A stretch of DNA of 64,000 bases from the NCBI GenBank assembly GCA_040218735.1, contig JAVJQW010000033.1:1-64000 (forward strand), written 5' to 3'. The DNA is from Deltaproteobacteria bacterium (GTDB lineage Bacteria; Myxococcota; Kuafuiibacteriia; Kuafuiibacteriales; Kuafuiibacteriaceae). Below the pieces are notes generated by a model. That model saw only the letters and a list, made by a program, of their open reading frames with translations. It was not told the origin of the DNA and searched no databases. Below are positions 1 through 7,978 of the stretch, in pieces. Every line of letters begins with the position of its first letter. Position 1 is the stretch's first letter. The position numbers and the translations under genes were made by a program.

Positions 1-287
1 TGCAGCTCGCCGGTCGCGATCATCTGGAAGACCTCGGGCACCCGCCGCGCCGCGCGCACCACGGCGACGCGCCGGCACGCCTGGTCCTCGGTCAGCCCGA
101 GCCCCTCGACACAGAACCGAAACAGCGAGCTGAAGCCCCGCTCCACGTAGAGCTTGCGCCGCTCGATCTCCGCCATGAACCGGAGCGCCTGCACACCGCT
201 ATTCAGCTCCGCTCGAAGCGCTTCGCGAAGTCCGCTCAGCAGATCGTTCCGGGTCATGCCAGACAGGTTGCAAGCGTTCGGGCTCAT
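1..287 (-). CDS. HNH endonuclease family protein, N-terminal part (runs off window edge); paralog of 43710..44702
   Basis: Not in the ORF track. Manual translation from ATG at 287 gives MSPNACNLSGMTRNDLLSGLREALRAELNSGVQALRFMAEIERRKLYVERGFSSLFRFCVEGLGLTEDQACRRVAVVRAARRVPEVFQMIATGEL, about 73/95 identical to the start of the 43710 ORF. Confidence 0.9.
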   Translation of the reverse strand, partial: MSPNACNLSGMTRNDLLSGLREALRAELNSGVQALRFMAEIERRKLYVERGFSSLFRFCVEGLGLTEDQACRRVAVVRAARRVPEVFQMIATGEL

Positions 288-470
288 GCATCGAAGGTAT
301 CATCGAGCCCTCGACACGCGATTCGGCACGGATCGACCAGCACGGCCCGCGAATCGCGAGGACGCGCAAGACTGCCCGTCAGCGCCCGAAGACGGGGCCA
401 AGCTCGAAAACTTCGAAACGGACTGCGTTCGTCGAGCAGATGGCCCGGACAGGGCCTTTGATTCCGTCAA
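288..470 (-). repeat. Conserved 183-nt upstream block of HNH element, copy 1 (candidate ncRNA or element end)
   Basis: Reverse complement aligns without gaps to 43527..43709 (122/183 by hand). Both begin TTGACGGA exactly 183 nt before the ATG. Confidence 0.85.
294..302 (-). promoter_or_regulatory. Extended -10 promoter (TGaTACCTT), leaderless HNH mRNA
   Basis: TGnTAnnnT lies 6 nt before the ATG, in the same position as TGaTACGAT in copy 2. No Shine-Dalgarno. Confidence 0.6.
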
Positions 471-807
471 CCCCCAAGAGAGAAAAGGAAGCCTCCCCCG
501 CAACTCAACTTGCGCGACCGGTCTTGTGAAACGCGTCGAAGGCGGCGTGGGGCACTCGCCTGCGAGGCCGCGAAGATCCATCTGGGGATGGCCGCGCCGT
601 GAGCGCTACATGGGGAGCATGGCGAATGCCGCCGACCATCGAGCGGAGCCAACCGCCGTCCTCCTGCTTACATGGAGCGCGGACCGCGCGGTCCGGCGGG
701 GCACTCCAGCGTCGGGCGATAGTTCCAAGGTGAGTCGGGCGCGTCATGCCCCGCCTACGGCGTTCCGCGCCGGCCAGATCCGCTAAGTCAACGGCATTGC
801 GGTTAGC

Positions 808-1662
808 TCAGAACCTCACCCCGGTCTCCAGCGCGAGGTACGGCGACACGACCCCCCGGCGCAGCGGCTCCACCGCATCGAAGAACTCCGGGAGCTCCAC
901 CGCCAGCGTGCCGCCCTGAATCCAGGCGCCGGCGGCGAGCCGCAGGTCCACGCGGGACAGCGCGAACCCGACCCACCCGGTCGCTCGCCCCGCGAGCTGC
1001 CAGTCCGTCGTCTGCTCGGGGGGACCGCGCCCGCCCGGAAAGATCGCGACGGCCTCCACGCGGTCGTGCGCGACACCGATCCCGCCCGCGAGCCCGACCT
1101 GGAGCTCGCCGAGCCGAAAGAGCCCTACGTCGACCTCCGCGATGAGCGACAGCGTGTGCGGATCGGCTTCGATCGACTCGGACGCGACGCCGCAACACCA
1201 CCGCCGCCACCCGGCGCGCGCGCCGATCCGGATCCCGCCGAGGTCGAAGGACATCGCGACGGACACCCCGGGCATCGGCGTGAACGGGCTGCCCCAAGAC
1301 ACGCCTTCCAGCGCAGCGGAAGCGCGGAGTCGCTTCGGCGCCGGGGGCTCGGGAGGCTCAGGGGGCGGTGTCCACCGATCCATCGCATCGACGAGCAGCA
1401 GCGCAGCGACCCGTGTCGCGGCGTCCCGATCCGTCGCGTCGATCGTGCGGCGCTCGAGGACCGAGGTGCCCTCGACGATCTCGAGCCGCCAGCTCGCCCC
1501 CTCGGGCAGCACCACGAGCGCGAGATCTGCGCCTTCGTCTCGCCACGCGACCTCGCCGACCTCACGCGCTACGCGCGACCGAATCGCCTCCGTCGTAGAC
1601 GAGGTCGCGACGACCGAGACCGTGGGGGACGCGGCGATCAGGCTCAGGAGGACGCCCCACAT
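808..1662 (-). CDS. Exported hypothetical protein with probable C-terminal beta-barrel
   Basis: Signal-like start MWGVLLSLIAA with GGAGG upstream, Pro-rich linker, alternating beta strands, terminal Phe (LETGVRF). Start trimmed from the ORF track. Confidence 0.7.
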   Translation of the reverse strand: MWGVLLSLIAASPTVSVVATSSTTEAIRSRVAREVGEVAWRDEGADLALVVLPEGASWRLEIVEGTSVLERRTIDATDRDAATRVAALLLVDAMDRWTPPPEPPEPPAPKRLRASAALEGVSWGSPFTPMPGVSVAMSFDLGGIRIGARAGWRRWCCGVASESIEADPHTLSLIAEVDVGLFRLGELQVGLAGGIGVAHDRVEAVAIFPGGRGPPEQTTDWQLAGRATGWVGFALSRVDLRLAAGAWIQGGTLAVELPEFFDAVEPLRRGVVSPYLALETGVRF

Positions 1663-1760
1663 CGACAGCCTCCGACATACCACGCACCGGATCCGTGCCG
1701 GTATTCCTCGACAAAGAGAAAGGGCCCCAGCGACCGCGGTCACCGGAGCCCTTCAAGGGC

Positions 1761-1879
1761 GCTTGCCGCCCGTTAACGCCGTAAGTCCGCAAGCGCCGGC
1801 CGTAGGCCGAAGCGCGCAGCGAGCGTAGCGAGCGAAGCGGCGCAGGGCGGCTTGCCGCCCGCTAACGCCGTAAGACCGC
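1761..1879. repeat. REP-like element: two 30-bp direct repeats around a GCGAGCG(T/A)AGCG core
   Basis: GCTTGCCGCCCGTTAACGCCGTAAGTCCGC (1761-1790) vs GCTTGCCGCCCGCTAACGCCGTAAGACCGC (1850-1879), 28/30 identical, just downstream of nrdJ. Confidence 0.75.
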
Positions 1880-1882
1880 CTC

Positions 1883-4684
1883 TCAGCCGCAGCCGGTCGA
1901 GGCGCCGCACTGCGGGCAGGCGTAGCACTTGCCGGCGCGCACGGTGATCGAGCCGCACTCGCTGCAGGGCGGGGCGTCCGACTGGGTCGCGAAGACCTCG
2001 CGCTCCTTCTCCTTCATCGGCAGCGCCATCTGCGAAGCGTCGATCGCCTTCGCGACCGCCTTCTCCTGCGCGGCCGAGAGGGTGGAGTCGACGAGGCCGC
2101 CGTCCTCCTTCACGAACTTCAGGCCGAGCCACCGGAAGATGTAATCCACGATCGACTTCGCGATCGGGATGTCCGGGTTGCCCGTGAAGCCCGACGGCTC
2201 GAACCGCATGTGCGAGAAGCGGTTCACCAGCACGCGCGGCGGCACGCCGTACTGCAGCGCGAGGCTGATTGACGTCGCGATCGTGTCCATCAGGCCCGAG
2301 ATCGTCGAGCCCTCCTTGGACATCGTGATGAAGAGCTCACCCGGCGCGCCGTCCTCGTAGAGGCCGACCGTGATGTAACCCTCGTGCCCGCCGACGGTGA
2401 ACTTGTGCGTGAGGGCCGCGCGCTCCGTGGGGAGCGGCTTCCGCGCCACGCGGACCTCGACGATCTTCTCTCGCACTTCCGTCTTCGCCGACTTGCCGTC
2501 GCCCGACTGCGCGTCCTTGTTCGTCGCGAGCGGCTGGCTGCGCTTGCTGCCGTCGCGGTAGACCGCGACCGCCTTCAGGCCGAGGCGCCACGACTGCACG
2601 TACATGTCGTAGATGTCCTCGGCGGACGCGCTCTCCGGCACGTTGACCGTCTTGGAGATCGCACCCGAGAGGAACGGCTGCGCCGCCGCCATCATGCGGA
2701 TGTGGCCCATCGGCTGAATCGAGCGCGTCCCCTTCTGCGCCTTGAACGCGCAGTCGAAGACCGGGAGGTGCTCGTCCTTCAGGTGCGGCGCACCCTCGAT
2801 CGTCTCCTCCTTCTCGACGTACTCCAGGATCTCCGTCGCCTCACGGTTGTCGTACCCGAGCTTTTCGAGCGCGAGCGGCACCGTTCGGTTGACGATCTTG
2901 AGCATGCCGCCGCCGACGAGGCGCTTGTACTTGATGAGCGCGATGTCCGGCTCGATGCCGGTGGTGTCGCAGTCCATCATGAATGCGATCGTGCCGGTCG
3001 GCGCGAGCACCGTGACCTGCGCGTTGCGGAAGCCGTGCTCCGAGCCGATCTGGATCGCGTCGTCCCAACCGCGGCGCGCCAGCGCGAGCAGATCCGCCGG
3101 GATCGTCTCCTCGTTGAGCGCGTACGCGTGGTCGCGGTGCATGTTCATCACGCCGAGGAAGGGCTCCTCGTTCTTCTTGTAGCCAGCGAACGCGCCACGG
3201 GCCTTCGCGATGTTCGCGCTGGTCGCGTACGAGTAACCGCACATCGCCGAAGTGATCGCACCGGCGTAGGCGCGACCGACGTCCGAGTCGTACGGCAGGC
3301 CGCGCGCCATCAGCAGCGCGCCGAGGTTCGCGTAACCGAGGCCGAGCGGACGGTAGTCGTGGCTGTTCTGCGCGATCGCCGCCGTCGGGTAGCTCGAGTT
3401 GTCGACGAGGATCTCCTGCGCGAGCGTCGCGATCTCGACCGCGTGACGGAGCTTGTCCGTGTCGAGCTCGCCGTCCTCACGACGGAACTTCATCAGGTTG
3501 AGCGACCCGAGGTTGCACGCCGAGTCGTCCAGGAACATGTACTCGGAGCACGGGTTCGACGCGTTGATCGGCGCCGTGTTCTTGCACGTGTGCCAAAGGT
3601 TGATGATCGAGTCGAACTGGATGCCGGGGTCGCCGCACAGGTGCGTCGCCTCGGACGCCTTCATGAGCAGGTCCTTCGCCGAGACCTTCTCCATCACCTC
3701 GCCGTCGCGCACCGCGCGCAGGCCCCATTCGCGCTCCTCGACGGCCGCGCGCATGAAGTCGTCCGACGCGCGGATCGAGTGGTTCGCGTTCTGGAAGAAG
3801 ACCGACGCGTACGCCTCACCGGTGAAGGTGCCGTCGTAGCCCTGCTCGATCAGGGCCCACGCCTTCTTCTCTTCCTTCATCTTGCAGACGATGAACTCCT
3901 CGATGTCGGGGTGGTCGCAGTCGAGGATCACCATCTTCGCCGCGCGGCGCGTCTTGCCGCCCGACTTGATCACGCCCGCGAAGGCGTCGAAGCCGCGCAT
4001 GAAGCTGACCGGGCCGGAGGCCGTGCCGCCGCCGGTGAGCTTCTCCTTGCTGGAGCGGATCGCCGAGAGGTTCGATCCCGCGCCCGAGCCGCCCTTGAAG
4101 AGGCGCGCCTCGGTCTTCGCGAGCTCGAGGATCGACTCCATCGTGTCGTCGACGGAGTTGATGAAACACGCCGAGCACTGCGGGTGGTTCTCGACGCCGA
4201 CGTTGAACCAGACGGGCGAGTTGAACGCGTACATCTGGTGCAGGAGCATGAACGTGAGCTCGGCGCGGAAGGTCTCCGCGTCCGCGTCCGAGTCGAAGTA
4301 ACCGTCCGCCTTACCCCATGTGTAGATCGTCTCGGCGACGCGGTTGATGAGGCCCTTCACCGAGGTCTCGCGGTCCGGCGTGCCCAGGTGGCCGCGGAAG
4401 TACTTCGACGCGACGACGTTGATCGCGAGCTGGCTCCACGCGACGGGCGCCTCGATGTTCTTCTGCTCGAAGACCGTCGTTCCGGTGCCGTCCCCGATCG
4501 AGGCTTCGGCGAGGGTCCACTCCGTGGTGGCCCAAACGTCCTGGGCGGGGTTCGTGAACACCCGATCCAGCCGTATCCCGACCCGCGGACGCTGCGCCTC
4601 GATGGCGCTGTCCCGGGTGAGATGCTTCACGGTGCCCCCCGCCTTGTGAACGCTGCGGACGTTGGTGCTCTCCCCTACCTGCAT
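1883..4684 (-). CDS. nrdJ: Class II (B12-dependent) ribonucleotide reductase with C-terminal TSCPD and Zn-ribbon region
   Basis: FNSPVWFN, CSACFI, catalytic NPCSEY, APTGTI, AISKTVN, YRDGSK, terminal CSECG...CPQCG...GCG. Confidence 0.97.
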   Translation of the reverse strand: MQVGESTNVRSVHKAGGTVKHLTRDSAIEAQRPRVGIRLDRVFTNPAQDVWATTEWTLAEASIGDGTGTTVFEQKNIEAPVAWSQLAINVVASKYFRGHLGTPDRETSVKGLINRVAETIYTWGKADGYFDSDADAETFRAELTFMLLHQMYAFNSPVWFNVGVENHPQCSACFINSVDDTMESILELAKTEARLFKGGSGAGSNLSAIRSSKEKLTGGGTASGPVSFMRGFDAFAGVIKSGGKTRRAAKMVILDCDHPDIEEFIVCKMKEEKKAWALIEQGYDGTFTGEAYASVFFQNANHSIRASDDFMRAAVEEREWGLRAVRDGEVMEKVSAKDLLMKASEATHLCGDPGIQFDSIINLWHTCKNTAPINASNPCSEYMFLDDSACNLGSLNLMKFRREDGELDTDKLRHAVEIATLAQEILVDNSSYPTAAIAQNSHDYRPLGLGYANLGALLMARGLPYDSDVGRAYAGAITSAMCGYSYATSANIAKARGAFAGYKKNEEPFLGVMNMHRDHAYALNEETIPADLLALARRGWDDAIQIGSEHGFRNAQVTVLAPTGTIAFMMDCDTTGIEPDIALIKYKRLVGGGMLKIVNRTVPLALEKLGYDNREATEILEYVEKEETIEGAPHLKDEHLPVFDCAFKAQKGTRSIQPMGHIRMMAAAQPFLSGAISKTVNVPESASAEDIYDMYVQSWRLGLKAVAVYRDGSKRSQPLATNKDAQSGDGKSAKTEVREKIVEVRVARKPLPTERAALTHKFTVGGHEGYITVGLYEDGAPGELFITMSKEGSTISGLMDTIATSISLALQYGVPPRVLVNRFSHMRFEPSGFTGNPDIPIAKSIVDYIFRWLGLKFVKEDGGLVDSTLSAAQEKAVAKAIDASQMALPMKEKEREVFATQSDAPPCSECGSITVRAGKCYACPQCGASTGCG

Positions 4685-4786
4685 TTCGGCCCCTCTTCTT
4701 TGACGAAAACGTTACTTGAACGTCGTTCGATTGCTTCTTTGCCCCGGATTGGATTGGCCGGCGGACGACGTCGGCCAAGGAGCCGC

Positions 4787-4815
4787 AACGTAGAGATGGG
4801 CCCTGACCATGTCAA
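4787..4815 (-). promoter_or_regulatory. sigma70 promoter of nrdJ
   Basis: Minus strand TTGACA (4815-4810), 17-nt spacer, TACGTT (4792-4787). Confidence 0.8.
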
Positions 4816-4857
4816 TATGTAGTAGCCGCATCGGGAGACACCCACTGTAGGTTGGGG
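4810..4857. promoter_or_regulatory. Tandem NrdR boxes
   Basis: Minus strand CTACTACATATTGACA (4810-4825) matches the CwAyATaTwG core and overlaps the -35. A weaker CCCCAACCTACAGTGG (4842-4857) lies 32 bp away, the usual NrdR spacing. Confidence 0.7.
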
Positions 4858-4858
4858 A

Positions 4859-4910
4859 TGTGGACGGGGGTGTGAATAGGTGTGATCGATCTGTGGTCGA
4901 TCGTGCGTAA
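4859..4910. promoter_or_regulatory. Phased array of DnaA-box-like 9-mers
   Basis: TGTGGACGG, TGTGAATAG, TGTGATCGA, TGTGGTCGA and CGTGCGTAA at 10-12 bp spacing. Consensus is TGTGnAwAA; the best match has one mismatch. Confidence 0.45.
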
Positions 4911-5119
4911 CCCGCCGCAGCGTCAGGTGCATCGGTGCCGCAGGATCACTGGCACCCCGTTCGCGTGGGCTGTGGAGCGCGGCGAACGTGATCTGCGGGT
5001 CGACGAAATCAGCGTCCGTCGTGGTCGGATCCGATCGCACATGATCCGACCTCGCGGATCGTTCGCGCGATCCGCTCGTCGATGATCCCGATCCGTTTCT
5101 AGGAAGACGACGCGCGTCG

Positions 5120-5485
5120 TCAGTCGCCGGTCGCGGCCCGCGCGCGCTCGAGGCCGTGCTCGTACGCCGCCTCCAACCAGTGCGCGACGCGCGTGAGATC
5201 CTCGGCGCGCTCGAACCGCACCTTCACGGCTTCGTTCTCCATGAACGGGTGCGCACGCCCGATCCCGGAGGATCGCGCTTCTTCGAGCTTTTCGTCCGTG
5301 AGCCACAGATCCAGGTTCATGTGGTCGCGTCGGATCTCGAGCTGCATGAACGGCACGTCGAGGACCGAGTGGACTTCGAGCCCATCCTTGGTCTCCATGG
5401 CCACTCCGTCGAGCCCATCCAAACGGTTTCGGAGGGCCTTGAGGAGGGGCACCAACTCCAGGTCGAGGGAGGTGCGAAGCGCCAT
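5120..5485 (-). CDS. Hypothetical protein (DUF5655/YjbR-like small alpha/beta protein)
   Basis: 121 aa, normal codon usage, C-terminal WLEAAYE helix. Confidence 0.7.
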   Translation of the reverse strand: MALRTSLDLELVPLLKALRNRLDGLDGVAMETKDGLEVHSVLDVPFMQLEIRRDHMNLDLWLTDEKLEEARSSGIGRAHPFMENEAVKVRFERAEDLTRVAHWLEAAYEHGLERARAATGD

Positions 5486-5496
5486 GCCGCCGAGAT

Positions 5497-6126
5497 TTAT
5501 CCCTCAAGGGTGAATCGGTTGTCCACCACGTAACGGCTCCGCATGCGCGATCCCTCGGCGCCGCCGTCCAGATCCACGTTCGTCTCGCGCAGGACCTCGA
5601 CCTTTTGCTCGCCGTTGCGCAAGCCCCCGAGGGGGAGCTCGGCCGAGAAGGGATCGTCCGACAGCTCGAGCTTTTCGCCGTCCTTCACGTCGATCTCCAC
5701 GCGATCCGCGGCGTCGTCCGCCTCCCACTCCACGAGGAGTGTGTCGAAATCGCGCCGCGCCACGATCGCGTTGTTCTGCGGCCGCGTGATCACGTGCGGC
5801 GCCGGGCCCTCCAGGGTCGCCTCCAGATCGTCGTCGCCGGACGTGATCTTCACCTTCAGCGTCCGCACGTAGCCCTCGAGCGTCGTGCGGTAGCTCCCCG
5901 CGCTCTTCTGCTCCGCCACGAAGGTCTCCTCCGTGTCGTGGTCCTCGAACGCGACGTTCGCGCCGATCACCGGGTTCCCGCGTGCGAGCAGCTCCACCTC
6001 GATCTTGGTGCTGTTCGGCTCGCCGCTGACCTCGATCGTCGCGAACAGCGTCCCCGAACCGGACCCCGAGTCGGTCGGGCTCCCGTAGGCCGCGAGGAGC
6101 ACGCACAAGGGCGCCAAACGTCTCAT
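5497..6126 (-). CDS. Exported Ig-like beta protein with degenerate lipobox
   Basis: Start MRRLAPLCVLLAAYGSPTD overlaps the upstream stop (ATGA). The N-terminal extension in the ORF track is antisense to other genes. Confidence 0.75.
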   Translation of the reverse strand: MRRLAPLCVLLAAYGSPTDSGSGSGTLFATIEVSGEPNSTKIEVELLARGNPVIGANVAFEDHDTEETFVAEQKSAGSYRTTLEGYVRTLKVKITSGDDDLEATLEGPAPHVITRPQNNAIVARRDFDTLLVEWEADDAADRVEIDVKDGEKLELSDDPFSAELPLGGLRNGEQKVEVLRETNVDLDGGAEGSRMRSRYVVDNRFTLEG

Positions 6127-6674
6127 AGGAAGAAGATCAGCTGCGCCGTCGTCGTGAACAGCGGCGCGTCGTCGCCCTCGAACACGAACATCCAGAACGC
6201 GTCCGCCTCCAACCCGAGGTAGATGTCCCGGGATAATCGTATCTCCGCCCCGCCGGTGATGCCCGGCCCCCAGAACACACTCGAATCGATCGTTTGGTTG
6301 AACAGCAGGTTGAACGAGTTCGTGACCCCCAAGAACGGTCTGAACCGGTCCGTCTTGAAGTAGTAGCGCGCGTCCACCGGGACCAGGTGCAGGAGGACGA
6401 CCGTCCGGTTCGAGTTCCCCTGCTCGCCGCGGAAGGATACCGCCCCCCGCGCCGTGAACCACCAGTGATCGCTCGCCTTGTAGGCCGCGCGCAGGCCCAG
6501 GAGGAAGCCGTGCGAGTCCAGCTCGGACTTCTCGCCGAGGAACATGTATCCGCCCTCGAAGCCGATCTGTCCGTTTTTGTACTGCGCCTCCGCGCTGCCG
6601 GAGTTCAGGCACGTGGCCAGTCCGAGCGCGAAGACGAAGGCGGTGAGCTTCCCGATGATCCGATGCAGACGCAT
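6123..6674 (-). CDS. Small outer-membrane beta-barrel protein
   Basis: Signal peptide ending AEA-Q, amphipathic strands, DARYYFKTDRFRPFLG, aromatic C-terminus. Confidence 0.8.
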   Translation of the reverse strand: MRLHRIIGKLTAFVFALGLATCLNSGSAEAQYKNGQIGFEGGYMFLGEKSELDSHGFLLGLRAAYKASDHWWFTARGAVSFRGEQGNSNRTVVLLHLVPVDARYYFKTDRFRPFLGVTNSFNLLFNQTIDSSVFWGPGITGGAEIRLSRDIYLGLEADAFWMFVFEGDDAPLFTTTAQLIFFL

Positions 6675-6811
6675 GTGGCCCGGGTCGGGAGCTTAGGGGG
6701 CCCTCGGCCCGTTTGTCGATCCGAATGGGGCCGACGTGGCAGACGTCACGGCGCCCTAGGACGACGCCTACTTGGCTCGCGTCGCCGAACGGGCGAGGAT
6801 TCGAAGTCCGA

Positions 6812-7978
6812 ATGGCGATGTCTCGGTGGTCTGATGTCCGACACGCGCTCGTGGTGGTCAGCGCGCTCTTCTTGGTGCGCTGCGCTTCGTGCGTCGGAAA
6901 CGTGGCGCCCCACCCGGAGGCGGTCAAACACCACGACGAAGGCATCCAGTACCTCAACCAGGGGCAGTGTGAACAAGCGGAGGAGAAGTGCCGCCTCGCG
7001 CTCGAGTACGGGCCGAACTTCGAGAACCCACACAACTGCCTCGGCCTCGTCGCGCTGTCCTGCCACGGCGACCTCGAAGAAGCGGCGACCCACTTCAAGA
7101 ACGCGCTCAACGTGAACTCCGACTTCGCGGAGGCCCACAACAACCTCGGCACGGTCTTCTTCCGGAAGGTCCCGCCCGACTACGAGCTCGCGTGTGAGGA
7201 GTTCAAGGCGGGCATCGAGATCGATCCCGGCTACCGCGACGCCCGCGAGAACTACGGCATGTGCCTCATGCGGCGCGGGACGATCGTCGGCGACAAGGGC
7301 GAGGAGGATCACCGCAAGGAGCTGTACAAGGAGGCGCGCAGTCACCTGATCCGTCTGCTGGAGATGGAGCCGAACAACTTCAACGCGCGCCACCACCTCG
7401 GGCTGATGGACCTCGTCACGCAAAAGTACGCGTCGGCGGAGGCGAACTTCAAACGCTGCCTGGAGATCGATCCCGAGAACCCGATCTGCAGCTACAACCT
7501 CGGCAACACGTACCTCGCGACCGCGCGCTGCGGCGAAGCGATTCAGGCGTTCATCGGCGCGCTGCGCGGCGGCGACGAGAGCGAGGTCGCGGTCGGCGCG
7601 CGTCACAACCTCGGCGTCTCGTACGAGATGTGCGCGAAGACCGACGGCGCGATCAAAGAGTTCCTCGATCGCATCAAACGCGACCCCGGCAACCCGACCC
7701 ACCACTACGACCTCGGCAACATCTACGCGGAGAAGGGGCTGCCGGAGCAGGCCGTGAACGAGTGGGCGAACACGGTGAAGCTCGATCCGCTGTACTGCCC
7801 GGCGTACTTCGAGCTGTCGAGCCACTTCAACAAGCTGCTGGACACGGCGCAGACCATTCGCTCGTGCCAGGACTTCGTCGCGTGTGCGACGGAGGTGAAC
7901 AAGAACGAGCCTTCACCCAAGTGGCAGGACCGCGTCGCCACCTGCAAAGAGCTCGTCAAGAAGCTCGAGATGGAATGA
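6812..7978 (+). CDS. Cys-rich TPR lipoprotein (Tgl/PilF-like)
   Basis: Lipoprotein-like signal ending in Cys, repeated TPR motifs (AHNNLG, YNLG, ARHNLG, HYDLG), 16 Cys. Confidence 0.8.
   Translation: MAMSRWSDVRHALVVVSALFLVRCASCVGNVAPHPEAVKHHDEGIQYLNQGQCEQAEEKCRLALEYGPNFENPHNCLGLVALSCHGDLEEAATHFKNALNVNSDFAEAHNNLGTVFFRKVPPDYELACEEFKAGIEIDPGYRDARENYGMCLMRRGTIVGDKGEEDHRKELYKEARSHLIRLLEMEPNNFNARHHLGLMDLVTQKYASAEANFKRCLEIDPENPICSYNLGNTYLATARCGEAIQAFIGALRGGDESEVAVGARHNLGVSYEMCAKTDGAIKEFLDRIKRDPGNPTHHYDLGNIYAEKGLPEQAVNEWANTVKLDPLYCPAYFELSSHFNKLLDTAQTIRSCQDFVACATEVNKNEPSPKWQDRVATCKELVKKLEME

Noticed and set aside
154-786. ORFs crossing the conserved HNH upstream block (154..786, 300..581, 43134..43697, 43559..43741)
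   Set aside because: No shared start codon, weak peptide similarity and poor codon usage. One antisense frame shows several synonymous changes (TARQR, TAFV) but has no start, so coding is not supported, though not fully excluded.
1761-1879. Possible mini CRISPR array
   Set aside because: Only two repeats, a 59-nt palindromic low-complexity spacer, and no cas genes.
4685-4790. Cobalamin riboswitch ahead of nrdJ
   Set aside because: The predicted 5' UTR is only about 95 nt and lacks B12-box motifs.
2384-4822. Long antisense or alternate-frame ORFs (e.g. 2384..4822, 9908..12388, 32027..34981, 38382..41816, 58403..61114)
   Set aside because: Shadow ORFs of real genes caused by high GC3; Arg-rich and motif-free.
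4859-5119. Replication origin
   Set aside because: Boxes are degenerate, there is no AT-rich unwinding element, and no dnaA/dnaN context.
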